In this document: positions 29,838-37,858 of the stretch, piece after piece
How positions within the stretch are numbered: the first letter of the stretch is position 1
How the letters are laid out: each line of letters begins with the position of its first letter
NCBI GenBank assembly: GCA_937949725.1
Contig: CALECT010000054.1
Coordinates: 19,213-83,212, forward strand
Length of the DNA: 64,000 bases
From: an uncultured Pseudanabaenaceae cyanobacterium
Lineage (GTDB): Bacteria; Cyanobacteriota; Cyanobacteriia; PCC-9006; JAAUQQ01
Direction of reading: 5' to 3'
The notes under the pieces: generated by a model
Database searches by the model: none
Told to the model about the DNA's origin: nothing
Seen by the model: only the letters and a program-made list of their open reading frames with translations
Program-made: the position numbers and the translations under genes

Positions 29838-32800
29838 ATGGCGCGCCTGTCTTTATCCATTGAGCAGATAAAAAGCCATTACACCGTTGTGGTCATTGGC
29901 TCGGGATATGGAGGCGCGATCGCGGCTTCGCGGATGGCTCGGGCTGGACAAAGCGTTTGTTTGCTGGAGCGCGGTGCCGAAAAACAGCCGGGCGAATACC
30001 CCAATACCTTAGAAACCGCAGCTAAGGAAGTTCAAATCGATCTGCCAGGCAAGCATATCGGCTCCGACATCGGCATGTTTGACTTTCATGTCAACGACGA
30101 TATCAACGTCTTAGTGGGCTGTGGTTTGGGGGGGACCTCTCTGATTAACGCCAATGTCTCCCTAGAAGCGGAAAGGCGAGTCCTGGAGCAGGAGGCATGG
30201 CCGAGTCAGTTTCGCGCCGATATCGATACCCATTTAAAGCAGGGCTACGAACTCGCCCGCGAGATGTTGAAGGCTGTCCCCTATCCCGAAGATGAGCCGA
30301 CATTACCGAAACTTGAAGCCCTAGAGGAATCCAAGTCCAATCTACCGGAGGGGACTTTCTATCGCCCCCCTATAAACGTTAACTTCGAGAAATTTGAGAA
30401 TAATCGCAACCATGTTGGCGTCTATCAGCAGCCCTGCGATGGCTGTGGTGACTGCGTGACTGGCTGCAATAATCACTCCAAAAATACGACTTTAATGAAC
30501 TATCTGCCCGATGCTAAAAACTTCGGGGCGGAGATTTTTACGGAAACGGAGGTGCAGTATCTTGAGCGCCAGGGCGATCGCTGGCTGGTGCATTATCAAA
30601 TTCAAGGTGCAGGTCGGGATAAATTCAATGCTCCGACGCTATTCGTCAGTGCCGATATCGTGATTTTGGGTGCGGGCGCCTTAGGCTCCACCGAAATTCT
30701 TCTGCGATCGCGCAATCAAGGACTGGCACTCTCCGAGCGCCTCGGTCAGCGCTTCTCCGGTAATGGCGATGTCTTGGCCTTTGGCTACAACTGCGATCGC
30801 GAAATCGACGGCATTGGCTGTGGCCCCAAATCACCTCCTGGCCGATCCCTCGCCGGTCCCTGCATCACAGGCATTATCGATCAGCGAGCAGGCTCCCCCA
30901 TTCAAGAAGCCATGGTGATTGAAGAAGGCTGTATGCCCGGTTCAATCAACTCTCTCTTGCCCAGTACCTTTGCCCTGGCCGAAAAAGTGCTGGGTCAAGA
31001 TACTGATAGTGGCGTCAAAGACGAACTCAAAGAGACCCAGCGAGAGATTAAAAGTCTGCTCCAGGGAGCCTACACCGGAGCCGTTCACAATACCCAAACC
31101 TATCTGGTCATGTCCCACGATGAGGGCGTTGGTGAAATGTCCCTGGATAATAATGGTCGCCTGCGGATTAACTGGCCAGAAGCTGGCTCCTATCCCCTGT
31201 TACAAACCATCAACGAGCGCCTGATCGCTGCGACCCAACCCCTAGGGGGCAGCTTTATCCGCAATCCCATTTGGACCGAACTCTTTGATCATGACCTGGT
31301 TTCGGTCCATCCCCTGGGCGGCTGCATTATGGGGGAAACCGCAGACAGCGGTGTCGTCAATCACAAAGGCCAGGTGTTCTCTAATACATCTGGGACAGAT
31401 CTCTATGAAGGGCTTTATGTTAGCGACGGCTCCGTGATTCCGACCGCCTTGGCTGTTAACCCCCTGCTTACCATTTCGGCCATCACCGAACGAGCCTGCG
31501 CCCTCATCGCTGAGGATCGCGGCTGGAACATCAATTATTCACTGCCCTCTGCTCCCCAAGGACCCGCCTCCAGCCAGCCCCAACTCGGTTTGCAGTTCAC
31601 TGAAACCATGGGAGGACATTTTTCCACCCAAGAAACGAAGGATTATCGCAAGGGGGCAGACCTGGGCAAAGCCAGCGGTTCTCCCTTTAGATTTACCCTG
31701 ACGGTTTCCTCCAATGATTTAGACGACCTGTTGACCAACCCTCAGCATCAAGCCGAAATGGTGGGTACGGTCACGGCACCGGCATTGTCGAGCGATCCGC
31801 TGACTGTGAGTCAGGGCATTTTCAATCTACTGACGGTTGCTCCCGGCAATTCAAAAGCCCGTCAAATGATTTATCGTGCCCGGCTCAAGGCTGAGTCTGG
31901 CAAACAGTATTTTATGCAAGGTTTTAAGGAGATTGAAGACCAACCGGGCCTGGATCTATGGTCTGACACCACGACGCTGTTTATCACGATCTACGACGGC
32001 GATAGTGAGCAAAACCCCATTTTTGGCAAAGGGATATTGCATATCAAGCCCCTCGACTTTGTCAGACAAATGACGACCATCAAGGTAGAAAACGCCAGTT
32101 CTACCCCTGAAAAGCTAGAGGCAATAGCCCGCTTTGGTCAGTTCTTTGCTGGGCAGCTATTTGAGGTTTATTCCCCCAGCCGGGTCACCCCCTGGGAGCG
32201 GGAAATTCCCCTGTACACCCTTGAAGGTGTGCCCGATGCAGAAGCGACCACCCACTACTTCAGTACTGAAGATAAGCTGGGCCTCAGCTTAATGCGCTTT
32301 AAGAAGCAGGAATGTGACGATGTTGTACTGATTATCCACGGCTTAACTACATCGACCGACATGTTTATCATGCCGGAGCATTACAACCTGGTCCGATACC
32401 TCCACGATCGCGGCTTGACGGATGTTTGGTGTCTTGACTACCGCATGAGCAACCGCCACTCCTACAATCTGCTGCCTAATCGCTACAACATGGACGATAT
32501 CGCCCTCTTTGATCATCCAGCCGCGATCGCCAAAATGCGCGAGTCAATCGGCAATCGTCGTATTCACGTGATCTCCCATTGCTTGGGAGCTAACTCCTTT
32601 AGCATGGCTCTGTTTGGCAAGACGGTAAACAACATTGCCAGCGCTATTTTCAATAGCGTTTCCCTGACGCCACGGGTACCCAAATGGTCGAACGTCAAAC
32701 TCCACGTCGCTCCCTTTGCCACTGAATATTTGCTGGGCTATCCCTACCTCAACCCCGCTTGGGCGAGAGATCCAGGGTTAACAAGAGGCAAAATTTTCTC

Positions 32801-33284
32801 CTGGTTTGTTGATCGCTTCCATTCAGAATGCAACTCGCCGGAATGTCATATGCTCAGCCTGCTGTGGGGCGCTGGCTGGCCTGCCCTCTACAGTCACCAA
32901 AATCTCTTAGATGTGACCCACGATCGCGGTGGTGATCTCTACGGCTCGGTCACGGTTAACTACTATCGCCACGTCCGCAAGATGGTCAGAGCGGGTCATG
33001 CCGTTAAGTATCGCCAAGATCCCAAATACGATCGCCTGCCCGATAACTACATGACTCATGTCCCGGAGATTAAAACTCCCGTCCTGTTTATGACTGGCGA
33101 GGACAACCACGTCTTCACCAACTCCAATATTGTTGCCTACGAAACCATCAATAAAATTGTCCCTGGTCGCCACCAGCTCGCCACCTTCCCCAACTACGGC
33201 CACCAGGACGTGTTTATGGGGAAGGACGTTGCCGTCGATATCTTCCCAAGGCTGGTGGAGTTTATTAACGAGCACCGTTCCTAG
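29838..33284 (+). CDS. Fusion protein: ChoD-like GMC flavin oxidoreductase, a middle domain, and a C-terminal alpha/beta hydrolase with a Cys nucleophile elbow
   Basis: 1148 aa. FAD-binding VVVIGSGYGGAIAASRMA, GCGLGGTSLINANV, CDGCGDCVTGCNNHSKNT, and GMC C-terminal HPLGGCIMG...YVSDGSVIP. From ~aa 830 there is an alpha/beta fold: VLIIHGLTTS, elbow IHVISHCLGANS (Cys915, nt 32580-32582), GEDNHVF and NYGHQD. Confidence 0.85.
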   Translation: MARLSLSIEQIKSHYTVVVIGSGYGGAIAASRMARAGQSVCLLERGAEKQPGEYPNTLETAAKEVQIDLPGKHIGSDIGMFDFHVNDDINVLVGCGLGGTSLINANVSLEAERRVLEQEAWPSQFRADIDTHLKQGYELAREMLKAVPYPEDEPTLPKLEALEESKSNLPEGTFYRPPINVNFEKFENNRNHVGVYQQPCDGCGDCVTGCNNHSKNTTLMNYLPDAKNFGAEIFTETEVQYLERQGDRWLVHYQIQGAGRDKFNAPTLFVSADIVILGAGALGSTEILLRSRNQGLALSERLGQRFSGNGDVLAFGYNCDREIDGIGCGPKSPPGRSLAGPCITGIIDQRAGSPIQEAMVIEEGCMPGSINSLLPSTFALAEKVLGQDTDSGVKDELKETQREIKSLLQGAYTGAVHNTQTYLVMSHDEGVGEMSLDNNGRLRINWPEAGSYPLLQTINERLIAATQPLGGSFIRNPIWTELFDHDLVSVHPLGGCIMGETADSGVVNHKGQVFSNTSGTDLYEGLYVSDGSVIPTALAVNPLLTISAITERACALIAEDRGWNINYSLPSAPQGPASSQPQLGLQFTETMGGHFSTQETKDYRKGADLGKASGSPFRFTLTVSSNDLDDLLTNPQHQAEMVGTVTAPALSSDPLTVSQGIFNLLTVAPGNSKARQMIYRARLKAESGKQYFMQGFKEIEDQPGLDLWSDTTTLFITIYDGDSEQNPIFGKGILHIKPLDFVRQMTTIKVENASSTPEKLEAIARFGQFFAGQLFEVYSPSRVTPWEREIPLYTLEGVPDAEATTHYFSTEDKLGLSLMRFKKQECDDVVLIIHGLTTSTDMFIMPEHYNLVRYLHDRGLTDVWCLDYRMSNRHSYNLLPNRYNMDDIALFDHPAAIAKMRESIGNRRIHVISHCLGANSFSMALFGKTVNNIASAIFNSVSLTPRVPKWSNVKLHVAPFATEYLLGYPYLNPAWARDPGLTRGKIFSWFVDRFHSECNSPECHMLSLLWGAGWPALYSHQNLLDVTHDRGGDLYGSVTVNYYRHVRKMVRAGHAVKYRQDPKYDRLPDNYMTHVPEIKTPVLFMTGEDNHVFTNSNIVAYETINKIVPGRHQLATFPNYGHQDVFMGKDVAVDIFPRLVEFINEHRS

Positions 33285-33444
33285 CTGAGCCATTTTGTCT
33301 CTGCCGAGGTCACAGCTACCTTAGGGCGATCGTTGACCCATCGCCATTATCCAGTTTTCATCGGTTACTTGCATTGGACTGCGGAGTGGAGGAGAGCTGG
33401 ATCTCCAGGAGCAGGAAGCGGGGCATTTTCCGGCTAATGGCGAA

Positions 33445-35871
33445 ATGGTGCGCCAGTTTTTTCGTCAGTATTCGTTGTTTATTCGAAACCTCACGAGAAT
33501 CTTTCCCCACATGAGTAACCCATTTGAAACGCTCCCCTGGCCCGCCTTAGCTCCCCCCATTTATCCCCAATACATCGTCAAAGCGGGCTGGCAGCGAAGG
33601 CAATTACTCAAATTGTTATGCAAGCCGTTCTCGACGATCAATCGCAAGGTGGTCGTCAAACCGGGGAGCCTTAGCAGCCAAGTGGTCTCCCAAACCTATG
33701 CGGTGGGGAATTTCACAATTATCTGGACGGCTGATCCTGCGAACTCGATGGGTCTTGAAGTTCGCCATCGCAGCAATCCAGACAAAACCTTGTGGGCTTC
33801 GATTCCAGGGCGCAGCTTTGTGGAGGGAGCGGCGCTGAAGCTGCGTATTTTGGAAGAGCGCGGTTCAGTCGAAATAGACGAGTTGTTCGATGCCATTTAT
33901 AGCAACCAGACCGTAGACAAGATCGAACAGAAGGGTGACTTACTGCTGCTCAGCGGTCAGCTTCAGCGTGACAAGAATGCAGGCCAGAACACGATCAGGC
34001 CAAGCTATAGCCTCTCTTTCTATCCCTCTTCTATCACAGACAAAGCGATCGCGTTTAAGGTGCAAATCACCGATGGTGCCAACAGCATCTCCCAAGCTCG
34101 ATTGCTATTCCAAACAAATGCAGACGAGCATTTCTACGGATTTGGCGAGCAATTTTCCCGCGTTGACTGCAAAGGCTACGAAATTCCTGTGGTGGCTGAG
34201 GAGGGTGGGATCGGTCGTGGGGATGCCGGTCCAAGGACGCTGAGACTTTTGGGGGTGACGGGGGAGCAGTTTTCCAGTTATGCGCCATCTCCGCAGTTTA
34301 TGACCAACACAGGGCGAGGGCTCTTTCTGACTAATTCAGAACCGTCAATTTTCGATTTGCGGGATGACACTTTTGTCAGCATTCGGGTTGAAGTCAATGA
34401 ACTAGAAGGCTATATCCTTGCCGGGGAAACGCCACTGGAAGGGATCGAACTGTTGACTCGTTTTGTCGGTCGCATGCCTGTTTTGCCAGATTGGGTCCAT
34501 CAAGGAGCAATTATCGGAATGCAGGGGGGAACCCAACGGGTGCGTGAAGTCTGGCAAGAATTACAAAAGCACGATACGCCCCTTGCTGGGTTCTGGTTGC
34601 AAGATTGGGTGGGCCAGCGAAAAACGGCTATTGGCAAGCAATTGTGGTGGAACTGGACCCTCGATGAAAGTCGCTATCCCCAGTGGCCTCAATTAGTGGA
34701 TGACCTGGCGGCGGCGGATATTGCGCTCGGCGCTTACATTAATCCCTTTTTGGTGGAGTTACCGAAGAAAGAAAAGAAGAAAAGACCCAAACGACGTGAT
34801 CTATATCGCGAAGCAGCGACCCGAGGATTTTTGGTGCGAGACCATGAGGGTGACGTTTATCCAGTCAAAAATACAGACTTTTCGGCGGGATTGGTGGATC
34901 TGAGCAATCCGGAAATGCGTCAGTGGCTGAAACAGGTGATCGCGGATGAGATGTTGGCCATTGGCTGTAAATTTTGGATGGCAGACTTTGCCGAGGCCGC
35001 TCAGTTTGATGGGGGTTTTACGTCTGGCCGCAATGGACTTGATTATCATAATGACTATCCGGTGGATTGGGCCGAACTGAACCGCGAGGCGATCGCCAAT
35101 CATGACAATGCCGCTGATTGTTGGTTCTTTACGCGAGCCGGCTTTCTTAAGTCACCGGGGTCCACAACCGCCATGTGGCTGGGCGATCAAAATGTCACCT
35201 GGGGAGAGAATGACGGTCTCCCCAGCGCCCTTGACGGCCTGCTCAGTAGTGGCTTTTCAGGCTTTAGTGTGAGCCATAGTGATATTGGCGGCTATACCAG
35301 TATTTCAAATATTATTCTGCGACTGATTGGTCGGGGATTTGTGCGATCGCGAGAATTGCTGTATCGCTGGATGGAAATGAATGCATTTACAGCCATCTTC
35401 CGCACCCACGAGGGAAACGAACCTGACCAAAATGTTCAGTTTTATCAGGATGACGACACCTATCAGACTTTTGCTCGCTGGGCGAAAGTCTACGCTGTGC
35501 TAGCCGACTATCGAAAAGTCTTAATTCAAGAGGCAGCGAGCAAGGGATATCCGGTGGTGCGGCATCCAATTTTGCACTATCCCGATGATCGTTATCTCTA
35601 CCGGTTGGAGGAAAAGGAGCGGAGCTTTATGTTGGGATCTGAGTTCTGGATTTCGCCCGTGCTTAAACCTGGGTTAACCGAGAAGGTGGTTTACCTCCCC
35701 CTTGGAGACTGGGTGCATCTTTGGACAGGCCAAGCGTTTTCTCATGTCAGTTGTGGAGCTAAAGTCACAGTAGCTGCACCTTTGGGTCAGCCTCCCGTTT
35801 TCTACCGCAAGAACTCCCCATACGGAGATGCGTTGAAGTCTGATCTTCAACAACTGGGCATCTTGGAGTGA
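33445..35871 (+). CDS. Glycoside hydrolase family 31, YihQ-like subfamily
   Basis: YGFGEQFS, LPDWVHQGAIIGMQGGT, LQDWVGQRKTAIGKQLWWNW, nucleophile WMADFAE, acid/base WLGDQNVTW, HSDIGGYT, RTHEGN and PPVFYR. An alternative ATG at 33511 (MSNPFETL) is possible. Confidence 0.88.
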   Translation: MVRQFFRQYSLFIRNLTRIFPHMSNPFETLPWPALAPPIYPQYIVKAGWQRRQLLKLLCKPFSTINRKVVVKPGSLSSQVVSQTYAVGNFTIIWTADPANSMGLEVRHRSNPDKTLWASIPGRSFVEGAALKLRILEERGSVEIDELFDAIYSNQTVDKIEQKGDLLLLSGQLQRDKNAGQNTIRPSYSLSFYPSSITDKAIAFKVQITDGANSISQARLLFQTNADEHFYGFGEQFSRVDCKGYEIPVVAEEGGIGRGDAGPRTLRLLGVTGEQFSSYAPSPQFMTNTGRGLFLTNSEPSIFDLRDDTFVSIRVEVNELEGYILAGETPLEGIELLTRFVGRMPVLPDWVHQGAIIGMQGGTQRVREVWQELQKHDTPLAGFWLQDWVGQRKTAIGKQLWWNWTLDESRYPQWPQLVDDLAAADIALGAYINPFLVELPKKEKKKRPKRRDLYREAATRGFLVRDHEGDVYPVKNTDFSAGLVDLSNPEMRQWLKQVIADEMLAIGCKFWMADFAEAAQFDGGFTSGRNGLDYHNDYPVDWAELNREAIANHDNAADCWFFTRAGFLKSPGSTTAMWLGDQNVTWGENDGLPSALDGLLSSGFSGFSVSHSDIGGYTSISNIILRLIGRGFVRSRELLYRWMEMNAFTAIFRTHEGNEPDQNVQFYQDDDTYQTFARWAKVYAVLADYRKVLIQEAASKGYPVVRHPILHYPDDRYLYRLEEKERSFMLGSEFWISPVLKPGLTEKVVYLPLGDWVHLWTGQAFSHVSCGAKVTVAAPLGQPPVFYRKNSPYGDALKSDLQQLGILE

Positions 35872-35940
35872 GTAATGCGGAGGTGGAGGCCAGGCTCAAG
35901 AGATGATGACCCCTGCTTCCCCTCGTTGACGATGTCACCG

Positions 35941-36315
35941 TTATCGATTTTCAGGTCGTCGAAACGTCAGGGTAATGGCCCCCCGCCCGCCTGCCTTAGC
36001 GCCACCCATGCCCATCAGCCGCACCTCACCTTCAGCGCCAACCTCCACACATAGCTCGATTTCATCCAAACGCAGCCCCTCTTTCTTCTGCGCTTGCGCT
36101 TCAGCTTGGTCAAAGACCCGACCCATGGCATTGATGAACTGGCCCATGCGCTGCTCCAGTTGCTTAGCGCTAACGGGGTGAGGCTTAGGCTCTACAAAAC
36201 GTTGGTGAGAGGAATGGACGCCTTTCCCTGTGCGGAGGGTACCTTCGGGTAGGTTGGGGCCAGGAGTCGGAGGCTGGCCGTTGCTGGTGACGACCCAAAT
36301 CTTTTCGTCGGTCAT
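35941..36315 (-). CDS. Small protein resembling Pepco/trypco2-type domains of conflict systems
   Basis: 124 aa. N-terminal MTDEKIWVVT and C-terminal LDEIELCVEVGAEGEVRLMGMGGAKAGGRGAITLTFRR. This matches my recollection of Pepco-domain proteins, so family confidence is low. Confidence 0.5.
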   Translation of the reverse strand: MTDEKIWVVTSNGQPPTPGPNLPEGTLRTGKGVHSSHQRFVEPKPHPVSAKQLEQRMGQFINAMGRVFDQAEAQAQKKEGLRLDEIELCVEVGAEGEVRLMGMGGAKAGGRGAITLTFRRPENR

Positions 36316-36532
36316 GGCGGGTTGAGGAATTGGAGGATTGCGCTGACCATTGTGGCGATCGCCCCACGGTATCGCCAGGGGGCCAGAACCACAGTTCCAC
36401 TCGGCAGATCAATCACATCTGCTAATTGGCACCGTCAGAAGTAAAAAATAGAACAGCACCTGCGGATGATGGGACTCTGAACCTGCCAGTAATATGAACA
36501 GTCTGACTATTCTCGTGAAATCCTCCTAAACC

Positions 36533-37495
36533 ATGCGAAATCGCTTTTTCTACCAGGCCCTAACCGCTGTAATTATTGGTTCTTTAACGCTGACAGCCTG
36601 CAGTTCTTCTTCAGATGTGGCAAGCGAAGGCCAGGGTGCGGAGAGCAGCGAGCAGGCTAGCAATAGCGATCGCACCGGCAAGAACGTCCTCGTTGTGGGG
36701 GCCATTCCGGACCAAGATCCCGAGAAGCTCAACCGCCTCTACGGCAAGCTCACCAGCTATCTCGCGGAGGAGCTAGATGTGGAAGTGCAGTACAAGCAGG
36801 TCACGGATTATCCTGCCGCAGTGAGTGCTTTCAAGGTGGGAGATTTGGATCTGGTTTGGTTTGGCGCTTTGACTGGCGTCCAGGCACGGCTTCAGGTGGA
36901 AGGGGCCAACGCGATCGCCCAACGAGACATTGATGACGAATTCACCAGCATTTTTATTGCCAACACTGACAGCGGCATTGAGCCCTTTGACAGCGTGGAC
37001 GGCCTCGCTGCGCTCAAGGGCCGTCGCCTAACCTTCGGTAGCGAGTCTTCCACTTCGGGTCGCCTCATGCCCCAGTATTTCATGGAGCAGGCGGGCGTCA
37101 CCTTGGCAGATCTCCAGGGGCAGCCTGGTTTTTCTGGCTCCCATGACACGATCCTAGAAGTGGTCCAAGCCGGCAGTTATGAAGTGGGTGCAATGAACTC
37201 TCAGGTTTGGACCAGCCGCCTAGAAGAGGGCAAGGTGGACGAGAGCAAAGTTCAGTTGATTTTCGAAACTCCCAACTACTACAACTACCACTGGATTTTG
37301 CAGCCCAGCGTGGACGAACGCTTTGGTGAAGGCTTCAGCGATAAAGTCCAGCAGGCATTTCTAGAGCTGGATTCTAGCGATGAAGACCAGGCCGATATTC
37401 TCGACCTATTTGGTGCTGAGAAATTCATCGCCACCGAAAACGGGAACTACGACAATATTGAGGCCGTGGGTCGGGCGATCGGCAAAATCAAGTAA
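36533..37495 (+). CDS. phnD: Phosphonate/phosphite-type ABC transporter periplasmic binding lipoprotein (PhnD family)
   Basis: Lipobox LTLTAC. PhnD-like GAIPDQDPEKL...DLVWFGALTGVQA...TFGSESSTSG. Confidence 0.8.
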   Translation: MRNRFFYQALTAVIIGSLTLTACSSSSDVASEGQGAESSEQASNSDRTGKNVLVVGAIPDQDPEKLNRLYGKLTSYLAEELDVEVQYKQVTDYPAAVSAFKVGDLDLVWFGALTGVQARLQVEGANAIAQRDIDDEFTSIFIANTDSGIEPFDSVDGLAALKGRRLTFGSESSTSGRLMPQYFMEQAGVTLADLQGQPGFSGSHDTILEVVQAGSYEVGAMNSQVWTSRLEEGKVDESKVQLIFETPNYYNYHWILQPSVDERFGEGFSDKVQQAFLELDSSDEDQADILDLFGAEKFIATENGNYDNIEAVGRAIGKIK

Positions 37496-37646
37496 GTCAT
37501 TCGTCCTTGAACCAACAAGCCATTCGCCCCTGATTTGGTCAAACGCCAAATGAACTTGGGTGAAGCACCCCAGTCTGTTAGCGAGGGTGACCCGTCAGGG
37601 ACGGCCTTCCGTCACTACGGCTGGGGTGTGGGGACTGGTCCCCACG

Positions 37647-37691
37647 GATTTGCGGCTCGAAGATTTGCGGCTCGAAGATTTGTGGCTCGGT
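37647..37691. repeat. 15-bp direct repeat, three tandem copies
   Basis: GATTTGCGGCTCGAA x2, then the degenerate GATTTGTGGCTCGGT. It lies in the gap between the phnD and LRR gene 3' ends and is preceded by the palindrome TGGGGACTGGTCCCCA. Confidence 0.9.
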
Positions 37692-37858
37692 CAAACTAAC
37701 CCCAAACTCCAGCCCCTGATAACAGACGACATAACGTCATCGCTAATACCAAATCCTAATAACTGTCCCCCTAAACTCTCTGTGGGCGAACAGCGGTTCG
37801 CCTCTACAGCTCAACTGATGGGAATCGGGGGTCACCGAACCGGATTTGGTATAGGTCG

